A DNA stretch of 64,000 nucleotides from Azolla caroliniana (Eukaryota; Plantae; Polypodiophyta): NCBI GenBank assembly GCA_043228905.1, contig JBHGNT010000008.1, positions 8,742,001 through 8,806,000 on the forward strand, given 5' to 3'. The notes under the pieces were generated by a model. It searched no databases, was not told the origin of the DNA, and saw nothing but the letters and a program-made list of their open reading frames with translations. Both the position numbers and the translations under genes were made by a program. This document shows positions 37,240 through 49,700 of the stretch, one piece after another; positions within the stretch are counted from its first letter, which is position 1, and each line of letters begins with the position of its first letter.

Positions 37240-38322
37240 TTAAGTGGGAGTATTTATGGATTTATATTTAGTTTTGACGAGAAGGGAATGAATGGACTTA
37301 GACTTAGTCCAACATATGAAGGGTCGCGGTAGTTCGGATAGTTGGGGATGTGTGGCTAAATCTACGTGGAGGTTTTCTAGCATGTCGTGAATTCCTAATC
37401 TAGGGGTATCTTTCGTATACCTAAGTTTGAAGATGACAGGTATAAGGGTACTTTTAGGTTTTCTACTAAATACTAGTGATTTCCTAACGCTAAATGGGAC
37501 CTTTTTATAATTCTCTAATATAAAAGAAAGGGGATATCCTCTCTTAACTAATCTACTAAAAAATAGTTTTTTCATTCGAAGGAAACCTAAGGGGGTACTT
37601 TCTCTAATTAGGTATCATTTTAGTTCATTAATAATAAAATGGCGTTTTAAGTGAAGGGGGTGAACTGACGAGTATGAGAGATACCGGTAGGCATTTTGGG
37701 GCTTTTGGTAGCAATTAAAGGAGAAATGTGAATTCTTTAGGTTAATCCATAAATCTAAGAACGGTAATCTAAAGGGAGAAGTGGTGATGGTAATTTTGAT
37801 GTAATTATTAGTGGAGGTGTTATAGAACTGGAGGTAATTTTCTAATTCGGGTTTAGTACCCGTCCATATCCCGAATGCATCATCTATATATCTAGTGAAA
37901 TAAAAAAGATTAGGGTGTGATGCTTGGGAGTTCTCTAAGTGAGCTAAGAATAGGCATGCATAAACTATAGAAAAATTACTACCCATGGTTGTACCCTTGA
38001 CTTGTTGATAGATCATGTCATCAAAGGATAGAAAGTGATATTCTAACGTGAGTGCACTAAGTGTATAGATAAGGTTAGTTTTAGAAGATTAAATATGTGG
38101 GGTAATCATTTTTCGTAAAGCTTGGAATCCTAACCTAGGGGGTATGGTGGGATATAAAGATTGAACATCAAAGGTGAAGATAAAGCTATTAGGGGGTGGG
38201 GTTGAGATGTTCTAAAGTCTAAACAAGGGAATGTGAGTCTTTCAAATATTGCTTCTGAAGGAGAAGGATAGGCATGAGTTGGTGGTGAAGCCATTTTGAT
38301 GTTTGTTCAAAAAGGGAGTTAT
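37240..38322 (-). pseudogene. PLE reverse transcriptase (motif A to thumb), no C-terminal GIY-YIG
   Basis: FTFDVQSLYPTIP; YQQVKGTTMGS; RYIDD; LPFLDL; YQKPQNAYRYLSYSSVHP; FSRLVKRGYP; ends SIHSLLVKTK..*. Confidence 0.9.
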
Positions 38323-38764
38323 TGTACGTAAGTGGGAATATATTCAGGATCCTCCACTACCAAGTATATTGAATATAGGACTTACATCCTTGTACCTATA
38401 TTCTACTCACACGTGTGCACCGTCGTTGCACATGAGTTGTATATATATCTCATTGTGGGTATTTTTGTATTTGATGATGCTAATTTAATATAGAGTTAAT
38501 CATCCCCCATCTTGTGTTGCTCATAAGTGTACTTCTCTCTCTCTTCCTCCTGCACACATATCACTTAATCTTCCGCTTAACTTAATCATATAATTAGGTA
38601 CTAATTAACCCGTGCTTAATTGCCTAATTCTTAACAACAAAGATGTCCTAAACCCAGTGTGTACAAATGGGACAATTTGAATACGTCCATTAGAGACCCG
38701 TATTCGACACTAAGTTACGTGGTTGACAAACTAACTAAATCTAGTTGAGCTCGATATCTCAACA
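38323..38764. mobile_element. Stack of LTR fragments
   Basis: 38637-38710 matches the LTR end at 60740-60811; 38711-38764 is the reverse complement of the LTR start at about 22039. Confidence 0.6.
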
Positions 38765-39792
38765 ACGCTTATCGAGCCAAGTGAGTCATAAAGCTCCTTG
38801 ATCTTCAAGGAGTACCTTGTGATGGACATGTTGCTTTGTTGAATGTTATTCAACTCTTTGCAGAGTTGGAGCATTCGTGTCGTCGTATTGGCGGCGAATA
38901 TTTTCTTGAGATTCTCCTAAGCTTCTTTCGGCATATTGGCTTCTCAAATGTAGTCAAGCATGTGGTCATGGACACATGTCACCAACCAATACATCACTCG
39001 GCTTGCAGCTTGCTCCCATGTTGGGTATTCGGGAGTCGTTGGGTCGGGTCGATTTTCTTGTGCTCCTTTGATGTAGCTCCAATAGCCTTGGCCGACAAGG
39101 TATTGGTGCATCTTGTACTCCCAATATGCAAAATTGTTTTTATCCAACTTCTCGGCTAGGGAGAGCACTCCCCATTTGAGTATTCATTCTGTCGATGTAG
39201 ATTTGTTTTTAGTTTTCCTTCTCTCTCGAACACAAGCTATGTAGTCGCACTACGATAATGATGAGCCGGTTCTTCTTAAACGTTGGCGTAGAACACAACA
39301 CATGCGAATGGGCTAGATCGAGCTAACAAATCGCTTTGATACCATGTAAAGAATCAGATATGATTTTGTGTAGCTGAAGAGATGTGTGTTATGTGTGAGA
39401 GAACAGAGAGGAGAGAAACACAAGATAGATAGAAAGAAAATGAAGTACTCAAGAAGATGTATATTAACAAGGAGAATATGAAATACAAAAATGTGACATT
39501 ACAAGGAGCAACAACTAACACTTTATGAAGTAGGAGGAGGGTGGTTTATATAAGGTCACCCTTTCTCTTCATTAACTCACTACAATGCCCACTTTCTTTC
39601 TAGAAACTTGGGGAATGTGAAGACTCATTAGTCATGGGGAATATAGAACTCATTAGTTATGTGTCATAGAATATGATTCTATGGCGCATAGTTAATGTGT
39701 AGAGAGTAGTGGTGACTTTTGACCTTTGAGTTCTAATAGATTCTCAAAAGGTGTGTTCACACACTAGACTAGGTTGAGCTTGATTCTCAATA
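38765..39792 (-). mobile_element. Truncated Copia: 5' LTR (39345-39792), tRNA-iMet PBS, gag N-terminus
   Basis: PBS TGGTATCAAAGC at 39333-39344; EKLDKNNFAYWEYKMHQYLVGQGYW. Confidence 0.8.
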
Positions 39793-40524
39793 GGGTTAAT
39801 CAAGAATGTAAAGAAGGGATGATTACTTTTAATCCTAGGGATTGAGACAACTCATAAGGCCAAGTGTGAACTTGCATGGGGCCTTTGGTCTGGCTATAAA
39901 TATGAGGCCTTGCTAGCATCATTAGACACACTATTCGACTATGTCGAGTCAATGATCTTGTGGTGACCAAACTCTTGTGGCAAGTGTATGTCAGTACTAG
40001 GTACGACTCGATGCCACCATGGCAGTTGTATGGGAGGCTGTTCAAGGGTTGATCTTTTCGCTCAGGAGTGGTCAGGTGGATACTCTCTCTCTTTCTCTCT
40101 ACTATTTATAATCTATTTCCTTGTCTTATGCTTACATTAGAAATAATGCCTAGCAATGAGTGAAGAATGAATACCCATGTCGGATTGTGGGGCGGACTGG
40201 TAACCACGATGCTACGTTCGTATCACATTGGGGATAATGCATGTATATGTGTAACTAATTGGCATATGAGTGAAATAGCCATGTCGGATACCTGGGCGGG
40301 CAGCCGGACATGGGAAAAAGGGGAGAGATATATATATGTAGAAAGATATGGCCATGGAGGACATTGGGGGGCGGGCGGGCCGAAAAACACACAGACGCTG
40401 GCACACTCATTAGAGTCAAGGAAGGAAGAGGGAGGAGTATGTGTGTGACATGAGAGGTTTCAAAAGAAGAAGAAGAAACAGGAACAAAGTGAAAGGAAAG
40501 ACGGACGCTCTTTTTGAAAATTTT

Positions 40525-40660
40525 GATTGGTGGAGAGCGGGGAGGGCCGGATCGATGACAAGGCAGAGGAGCACCGTCGGATCGAAAGATTAGGGAACGG
40601 ACGGTGCAGATGGAGGGGCGGGAATTTTCGAAATGGCCTCCCCACCCCCCCTTATAAATA
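40525..40660 (+). promoter_or_regulatory. Histone promoter: reverse CCAAT, type I Oct-like composite element, TATA box
   Basis: GATTGG at 40525; GCCGGATCGATGACAAGG at 40546-40563 resembles CGCGGATCGNTGACGTGG; TATAAATA at about 40653. Confidence 0.55.
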
Positions 40661-40800
40661 CAGTCTCTGAAGAAGAAGCGGAAACAGAAGAAGAAGTTCC
40701 GCCATCGCCAAAGATTGTCTGTCTATTTGATCGTTCAGCTCTCAGTCTCAGTCTCTGATCTTTCTCTAGCAGGAATTCAAGCACCAATCGATCAGAATCC

Positions 40801-41377
40801 ATGGAATCTGGGACTGCCTCCAAGGGCGCCAAGGGCGGCAGAGGAAAGGCCTCCGTGGCCAAGAAGAAGTCTGTGTCCAAGACTGTGAAGGCTGGTCTTC
40901 AGTTCCCCGTTGGTAGGCTCGCTCGTTACCTCAAGAAGGGAAGGTATGCCCAGCGCATCGGATCTGGTGCCCCTGTCTACCTTGCTGCTGTCTTGGAGTA
41001 CCTTGCTGCAGAGGTAATTCACACGCACAAGATTCTGTGATCTTATGATCACGATTCTTTGCTTCTTCTCTTCCATATTGCTCTGCTTTATCTTTGTGAA
41101 TGTAATTAATGTCCTCATTTTAATGTTTCAGGTTCTCGAGCTTGCTGGAAATGCAGCCCGTGACAACAAGAAGAATCGCATCATCCCGCGCCATATCCAA
41201 CTTGCAATCAGGAATGATGAAGAGCTTGGAAAGCTCCTGTCTGGTGTAACAGTGGCCTATGGAGGAGTTCTTCCTAACATACACCAAGTACTCCTACCGA
41301 AGAAGACTGCTGATAAGCCGGAGAAGGCTCCTAAGGCTTCCAAATCTGTAAAGAAGGCCGGTGCACCTTCAGTTTAG
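40801..41377 (+). CDS. H2A: Histone H2A (H2A.M/H2A.W-like), exons 40801-41013 and 41132-41377, 152 aa
   Basis: [42 protein letters not shown]|[22 protein letters not shown]; phase-0 GT-AG intron at the usual plant H2A position; intact frame. Confidence 0.97.
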
Positions 41378-41406
41378 GGAGCCGCTTTAATTTACTCGAC
41401 TCAAAT

Positions 41407-41422
41407 GGTGTTTTTCAACACC
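41407..41422 (+). other. Histone 3'-UTR stem-loop-like element
   Basis: CAAAT-GGTGTT-TTTC-AACACC-ACCA: 6-bp stem and 4-nt loop, 29 nt after the stop codon. Confidence 0.75.
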
Positions 41423-42324
41423 ACCATTTTCTTGTGGTTTTGGCCTCTAGTTGTGGGGATTGGATCATTGTGCTTTGTTTATTCTGTTCGTGGAGGTTGG
41501 AGAGGCACGCTCACATTCCTGTGCAAGGAACTTAAAATGTCGTAGCGTATGAAGAACTCTTAAAATTTGAAACCCGAAACACATAATTTGTAGATCTGAT
41601 GTTTATTAAAGTTTAGGGGTTAGGGTTTTATATACGTGCTTGAATCCCGAAGGCTTGAAATTGTTTATTGGTGAATCAGAGAGCACTACCTTCCACAACA
41701 CAACCGGTGAGTCTTTTGTGCAGCTTGGGGATCATTGTCATTTCTAATGCAATCAGTAGCGCAGACTGAGCTAGGCTTGTTTTGGTTGATGATTACGTTC
41801 TGCAGACGAAATTGTGAACGTTTCTAGTTGAATCTAGTTGGATTTGATGAAGTCAATGACATTTGGTGTAGTTTAGTCTAATTGTAGAGACAGTTTAGAA
41901 TTTCTTATCAGGCTGGAACCAGTGACTGAACCTTGTTATTGGTTTTGAACTGCGTCGAATCATTAGCAACACTAATGATTTGTATTGTAAACTTTTGAAA
42001 TTAATAATAGTATTGAGTATATACAAAATTTTCAAAACCAAACTTACAAATCATTGCTTCGTTCCGTAGCACCTTCCTTTTCATTTGATATATAATAGTA
42101 TGGCTTTTTTTTAGTAGTCTTGAGTATTTTAAGTTTGGGTTTTATCAAGGTCTAGACACAAAGAGGAGTTTCTTTTCTTCTTCTTCTTCTTCTTTTTGTA
42201 ATGAATCTACGTTACTTTTCTGAAAGAACAAAGAAAGTTCAAGGAAAATTGTAGTTGACAAGGGTGTTTCTTTTGGTCTCGTCCTGCACATGTGGAACAT
42301 TCAAACCTGAATGAATGTGCGTCG

Positions 42325-42838
42325 GCTCAACTCTAAACCGTTTAGCTAAACACGGCTTAGGCTTGAGCTTGGATAATGGTTTGAGCTCGGTTTGGCTTGG
42401 CTTGAAGATGAGAAAGAATGGAGGAGAGAGTAGGGAGGAAGAGAGAGAGGTTCATAGAGAGGAGGCCGAGTGAAGAAAGCTCGGATTAAGGTGGCTATGG
42501 TGGCAAGACCTAGGGCAAGCCATGTCAATGTTCTAGCAAGCAACACCCTTTTGTCCTTAACAGTGTCTTGTAGAAGTAGGGAAATTGGCATGCATGTCTC
42601 CATAGCTATCAAATATTTGTATCTGAGATGAGATGGTGCTGGTGCTGGTGGTAGTGGTGCTGCTGATGATGTTGTTGAGGGGAAATAAAATAATGGTGAG
42701 GTTCCCAAACTGGTTTGGGGATCGATTTGGTTTGGTTTGGTTCAGGTTTGAGAACCCCAAAAACGGTTTAGGCTTAACTTGTTTGGCTTGGATAAGGCCA
42801 AACCGGTTAAGCCTAAACCGAACTATTGATGATCCCTA
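42325..42838. mobile_element. Probable non-autonomous hAT/MITE remnant
   Basis: Clusters of AAACCG/CGGTTT-type repeats at both ends; right end ...GATCCCTA (TAGGGAT-type terminus); left terminus not seen. Confidence 0.45.
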
Positions 42839-43244
42839 TATGTATATACATATGAAATTTTATGTAATAAAGTTGTGGGCATATTTGGTCAAGGTGCATG
42901 GGTTTGTGTAAAAAAAAACTGTGCTTTACTATCGAGGAAAGCAGTCTATATATGTATGTATACCTTTTCATTTTAAATGAAAAGGAAGATGCTACGAAAC
43001 AAAGTAATTTGGAAAATTGCGCCATCAAACGAAAGGAAGGTGCTACGAAAGAAACGTAAATTCGGGAAATTGCGGCCTTACTCGGCTTCCTTTCATTATC
43101 AGGTGTTTTACTTGGAATCAAACATGAATGCTCTACATAGATACATATACATATGTACATACATATATTATTGTTAGCTATATTTATATAGCACACTAGA
43201 GAACAGGGGAATGAAGAAAGGAACAATTCCTATACACCTCCCAC

Positions 43245-43739
43245 AGAGGAATGTTTTTCCCATACACAGAGCTCATATAACCAGAAACAGAGGAGAAACA
43301 GAGGAGCAGATTGTTTGTATGGTTTCTGAGAATCCCATACACGGAGCTCATATAAGCAGAAACAGAGGAGAAACAGGGGACCAGATTGTTTGTATGGTCT
43401 CTGAGAATCCCATACACAGAGCTCATATAAGCAGAAACAGAGGAGAAACAGGGGAGCAGATTGTTTGTGTGCTCTCTGAGAATCTCATGTGATACAATCC
43501 TCGGAACAAACTTTACCACTCTCAAGGTGAGTTTTCCATAGAGAGAAATTTATTCCCATACACGGAGGAGAAACACAGGGGAGAGGTCTGTCTCTCCTTT
43601 CTTTGCTCTCCAGCTCCCATGTGATACAACCCTTGGAACAAACTTTACACGGCTCTCAGATGAATTTTCCATAGCGATGAATTATACTTAAAAACAGAGG
43701 AGAAACAGGGGAGAGTTCTGTCTCTTCTTCGCTCTCCAG
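43245..43739 (+). repeat. Tandem repeats upstream of the CNGC start (3 x ~75 bp, then 2 x ~130 bp related units)
   Basis: Unit CCCATACACAGAGCTCATATAAGCAGAAACAGAGGAGAAACAGGGGAGCAGATTGTTTGT; GTGATACAA..GGAACAAACTTTAC duplicated. Confidence 0.85.
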
Positions 43740-46700
43740 ATGCTATCTATGGATTTGGATGAATCTGATGAGATACCCATGCTATTAACAAGCTCTCAAA
43801 CAGCTGATCACACCTTCGTCGAGCTTTCCAATTTTCTCTCGCCTAGACCAAAACAAGCTAATTCAAGTCACCATACCTACTTCAGTGCTCCTCTGCAACC
43901 CAGTTCCAACAAAAACAGATATGCAAGTAGACCCGTTCAAGGAAACAGAACAAACAAACCTACTGAAGAGAAAGATAGTACAATTAAGCGTCACAAGAGG
44001 TTCTTTAGTGGTCCTGTTGGTGTACAGAATGAAGCTGCTACAATAACCCCCCTGGAAGTGAAAGGAACTGTCCGGAAACGCCCCCATAGTGTTGCTCCAC
44101 ATGAACATCTCTTACGATCAGGTCCTTTAGGGAAGTGTGACGATCCATTTTGTACCACTTGCCCATTGTATCCTCTAAAAGAAGAGCTGGACACGAGGTC
44201 TCCGCCCTATCATAAACTCGTTGATGGACAGGTTCTTACTTTACTTGATTATGAATTGTGATGAACTAAAGTAGTTCTTACCATCATTTCATAAAATTTG
44301 GCTTGATTGTTTCGAATGTCCAAGAAATAGGGTTATGTCAAGTATTTCCATTAGCTTGTTGGACTTTCATTTGAACAGAAAATAGGGTTAGTTTTTGCAA
44401 GAATATTTGTAATCATATCCTGATGCATCCAATTAGGCCAGAGGTAACCCCATTAACCGAGTGGTTGGACCATTTTTCCAGCAATAACGCGAATGCTATA
44501 ATTGGTACATATATTTTATGAACATGCACGTAAATGTAAATTAATAGAATAAATTAGGCCAGTGATAGGGCCACTGCCTTGGTGGATAGCTATTTGGTTG
44601 TCTATAAATCCAGTTGCTATGGTTGGAACATAGACCTACACTTAATTGTCATGAGCATACAGAGAATCATACATTAAATGTGTCAATTATGCCAGTGATA
44701 GGTCCATTTTTTCGGTGACCCAACTTTCTTACAATTACTGCTCAAAACTTGACTTAATTATCACGAGTCTACATGGATGGCCATTTAGACTTATCTTAAT
44801 ATTTTATTAGCGGAGTCACCTACATTAGAGTTAGGCTCATTAACCTGATGGATGGCCATTGGTCACAATTGTTGGTTATGGTTTGGACATAGTCCTAGGG
44901 TTAGATGATATGAGCATAGATATAGTCATACATTGATGGGGCAAAATTAGGGCTGAGATAGTCTCATTAGCGTAGTGGATGTTAGTCTTGGTGTTATGAT
45001 TTGAGCATACGCTAGGAATGATTATTATGAGCACACACACATAAGCATATGTTAATGGATCAATTGGGCCTGAGATATGGTCTGCCACTGTCGATGTGCT
45101 CTTGCTTAAACAAAGGCTGAGAATCAATCGAAAGCCATTGATACATTAATGGACTCCATTAGGCGAGAGCTTGACCTATTTTTGATCTTTCGATTTTGAA
45201 ATGCTGCCCCTTGTTTTATACCTCACATTTAATAGATTCTATTTTTGTATAAAAGTCTGTTGCATCGTACAAACATTTAGCTTGGATATTGTCCAAACTA
45301 TCATTGAATTAGTATAGCTTGGTGATTACAGTGACTGCTTATGTAATTCGTCTAGTATGCACTTCGTTCTCTATTATGTGACTCCATTTGAAATCCTTCG
45401 GATGAATTATCTCATTCTCCAACAAACACATCATGATAAAGTATCAAGTGTATTTACATTCAATTTGGTATCACACTGCTGAGTCCTGACTAATCCAAGT
45501 TCGATTATGCAACTTTTAAGCATGTATTTAGGATGATTATTCTCAGTTTCAACAAACATGCATATGATAAAAGATATCTGAAGATACCTAATATGGACAT
45601 GCATGTCTTTTATAACCTTCTTTCCTTCTTGTATTCAGGCCAATGGTAAGGCTAATAATAGGATAAAGCAGTTCTTCAAATTGGCACATGCTTGGGGATT
45701 AGCTTTCGTACCAGGAATAATGCATCCTCATACAAAGAAACTGCAAAAATGGAACAAATTCTTTTTAATCTCTTGCTTGCTGGCAGCATTTGTGGATCCC
45801 TTGTTTTTCTTTATCCTCTCGGTTGATAAGGTAATCTACAAATCTATCTGTTTTGAGCCTCAATGCTTGGTTGATATTAACTGTCAACAATATCGAGATA
45901 TGCTGGAGCTCTAAGCAATCACCAAATGTAATGGAACATACTTGGAAGTAGACCATCTATGGCTTTTTACGCGTGTCTTCTAAATAAAGGGGTAGAAAAA
46001 AAATCTTATAGACTATGGTATATGTATGTACTTCTTAGATACACATAATAAACAATTGAGAAAGTTCGAATTTATTTTGCCTTAGATCTTGCACCAAGCT
46101 ATATGAATGATATCTTCAACCTTTGAAAACCACTTGAACTATTGTTTATGCTTTTGCGTTTTATTAGAATTACCTCCAGACAATAAAATATTGTTTTTGT
46201 AGAAAGTGATATGTAACTCCATGTTTTTAGGATCAATACAAACTCTTAGTGTAATAGAACATTATGGAAGGTCGTGGAACTTTATGCAATGTTATGAGAG
46301 GTAGTTAAAGGTTCTAATAAGTCATTAGATAAGTAATGAACTTATATAAAAGAAGTCATGGGAGGGGATTATCAACAGATCAATACTAGTTATTGAATAC
46401 ATCTCCTATGTGTAAACGCTTCCCTAGTAGTTGGACAGAACATAGCATTGTATCAATATTCAAGAGCGGAGATCCCATGATACCTAGAAATTATAGGGGC
46501 TATCTCGATTGGCCATTACGTGGCTAAACTATGGCCACTTGATCTTTGAGTTTGAATTGAGTGTATGGGAAGGAAGAAAGAATGAACCAACGACAGGAAG
46601 AAAGAAAGATATATTAACCTCTTTTAAGAGGCCAAAATGGCCTATAAGACCAAACAAGAGATTACATCAGAAGTGTTGTGTCATCTTTGAGAACAACAAA

Positions 46701-49700
46701 TCAAAATAAAATCAATATTACTAAGTAAATAAGATAAAAAGAGACTAAAGAATTTGGTTTTTGGCACATGTAAGATTCTCAAGGTAGATATGTTATAACT
46801 TTTGTTTTCGAAAGATCTCTAGCATAGGTCGATCCAGAATGGAGAGGTCACCAAAGCGAGGGAAGCACCTGCGATGGCAGGAGATAATGGCCTTTATAAG
46901 ACCAACAAGAGACTACATCTTAAAACGTTATCTCATCTTTGAGAACAGCAAACTAAAATAGGCATAACTAACTAAAAAAATTAAATAGAAATATAATTAA
47001 GAGTGTGATTAAAGAATCTTGACATCCATACATTTAAGATTCTCAAGTCAGATATATTGTATGTTTTGTCTTCGAATGATCTCTAACATAGATCGATCCA
47101 GAATGGAGAGGTTTTCAAAGTGAGGGAAGCACTTGCAATGGTGGAAGATAATGGCCTTTATTGATGATGGTGGTGAAATCATGGTCCACGAGGCCGAGGC
47201 CTACATGCATGACGAATTGCTATTGCCAGATCTATTGTAACCCCTTTAAAAATGTACTGGTTGAGGTTCCATTTGTGTTGCCCTTGATTGACTTGTGGCA
47301 TGAGTAGGAATGATGGGGCTAAAGAAAGCTATGATTGTTTTTTGTTGATGAGCTTGTGTGGCCGTGTTTTTGTCTCTCAACAACTTCTCCGTGTGTCTCT
47401 TGATTTCTAGCAAGAAATTCCCCAAATACTGTTGGTCCTAATATTTTATTACCTTGCCTAGTGGGCCGAAACATTGCTTAAAGAGGCAAAGGTATGTCCC
47501 ATTTATTTCATTAAAAACAGAACAATGACAAACATAGCGTTCTTCATATTCCACTCCTTGATGACACAATTGGCAAATTCTTGCTTCTAGAGGTATTTGT
47601 GCATATTTTTTTACCTCAACCTCTAACTGATGTGAAGAAGTGCCGAACTGCCCTATCCAATGTGCAGCTGTAAGATACATGTATGTCCATATAAGAGGGC
47701 CTGATGAAGAATCCATCCTCCAATGTGTGTAAAACGTGTCTTATAGTGGGCCATTATCCTTCCACGAGATATCGTGGGGCTTATCTATGTTATTTTTGTT
47801 TTCAAACTTGATAATATCAGTTTGGATCATTCTATTCTTTTCCACTTTTTTCATGTTTATAGAAACAATTCAAGCTATATTGGAGTGGGGGTAGTGCATT
47901 TATGTTTATGCCATGTGACTCGAACCATCGAACCATTGTTGGGTTTCAGGATACCAACATGAATATCTCCATGTTCAGCAAGTTGTTTTGAGGACGTAAA
48001 TGCCAACCTTGAGCTTCGTTTGGGATCTCCCAAAGCCGTTGGATATTGGTCATTGATTGGGATAATGCCTCGATGATTAATGGGGCAGCCCCAATCTCTA
48101 CTCGGATTATATCATGTGGGCAATCATTGAGACTAAAGGTCTCTTTAAACCTAAGTGGCCAAAATGGTCTCATCTGCAGGCATCATCGTTGTCATTTACA
48201 GTTGTTGTCTGGCTTCATTGACATCTGTTAGCTCAGTTGCTTGGCTTTGTGGACAGTCTGGAAGTTAATCTTAATAGTTAGGATTTGCCTGATGATTTGT
48301 CTTAGTTAAGCTTTGTAGACAGACTTGGGAGTAACTTTGTAGGTAGGCTTGGTTGACTTCTTTGGTAGCCTTGGTTCGAATGCCGCAAGGCTCCATTCAG
48401 AGACCTCCCATCGCTCATGAATAGAGGTCTCCGTCAGTTTTCCCGCCTGTAGCTATGCCTCTGCCATAAATTCACCACATGGTCACTGGAAACAGTCAAC
48501 ACTCTTAGAATCAGGAAAAAATTGCCCACTTGAACACGCCAAAATGATTACATTAAATAGAGCCAAATGATTTTAGAGGCGTGAGTAAAATAATTAAAAT
48601 GTTGGAAGAAAGTAAAAACAAAGGAGGAACATGTGGTCATGAAAAGGTGGGCAGATGGAATGAAAGAATTCAATGGGATCAAAAGCTGAGGGGCATGTAT
48701 GTCTCTATGATCCATTGTGGCCTTCAATCACTTCGCATTGAGCCAAATGATTTTAGAGGCGTGATTAAAATGTTGGAAGAAAGTAAAGACAAAGGAGGAA
48801 CATGTGGTCATGAAAAGGTGGACAGATGGAATGAAAGAATTCAATGGGATCAAAAGCTGAGGGGCATGTATGTCTCTATGATCCATTGTGGCCTTCAATC
48901 ACTTCGCATTGAGCCAAATGATTTTAGAGGCGTGATTAAAATGTTGGAAGAAAGTAAAGACAAAGGAGGAACATGTGGTCATGAAAAGGTGGACAGATGG
49001 AATGAAAGAATTCAATGGGATCAAAAGCTGAGGGGCATGTATGTCTCTATGATCCATTGTGGCCTTCAATCACTTTGCATCGAACGATGATCTCTGTTAG
49101 CATGGAAATTTATCTTCCTTTCCAAGGTAAATCTCTCTACCTAAAACCCTAAGTTCAAGAAGAAGAAGAACAAGGAATGAAGACTTTGCTTGACCGATAC
49201 ATACTGACCTCAGTAATACCCATGAAGACCAAAATTTTCATATAGAACATTGAGACCATTGGTTGTTGACCTTCGATTTGGCAAAGAGTGCAATATCTAC
49301 TGGACATCTCCTAAATCAGCTGCTAAGAGAAATCCATTCAACTGCTTATATATGGTCCTTGGGACTTCAGCCCATATAGGGCTTTCTGCAGCCTCAAGGC
49401 CTTTCAGAATCGGGTAGCTGAAAACTTGGTGGTTGCTTCATTCAGCAAAGTGAATCTACATCCATCCGGTATGCTACATAATTCCTGCGGTAGACATTGC
49501 CAAGATGCTGCACCGTTCCAAGCCATTTAGTTAAGAACGAATGCAGAATTTGGTTAATTGAAAGAGATGTGGATTGAATTCGAGAGAAGGCATTTATGCA
49601 AAAAGTAGATTGGATAGCCACAACAATATTACTTATTACACATGAGAATAGGTTTTTTATTGTTATTTTCTCCCCTTCACCTAATAATCAGGGGCCTTTA

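Larger units (their letters stand above)
35077..38322 (-). mobile_element. Penelope-like retroelement (Chlamys/Naiad-like or endonuclease-minus), partial
   Basis: PLE-type RT, hammerhead motif and downstream ORF, all on the minus strand. Confidence 0.85.

Noticed and set aside
41611-41630. TTTAGGGGTTAGGGTTT as an interstitial telomere
   Set aside because: Only two imperfect units; telo-box-like words are common in plant genes
48560-49080. 171-bp unit equal in length to primate alpha satellite
   Set aside because: Length coincidence only; three copies in a plant intron with no recognisable similarity
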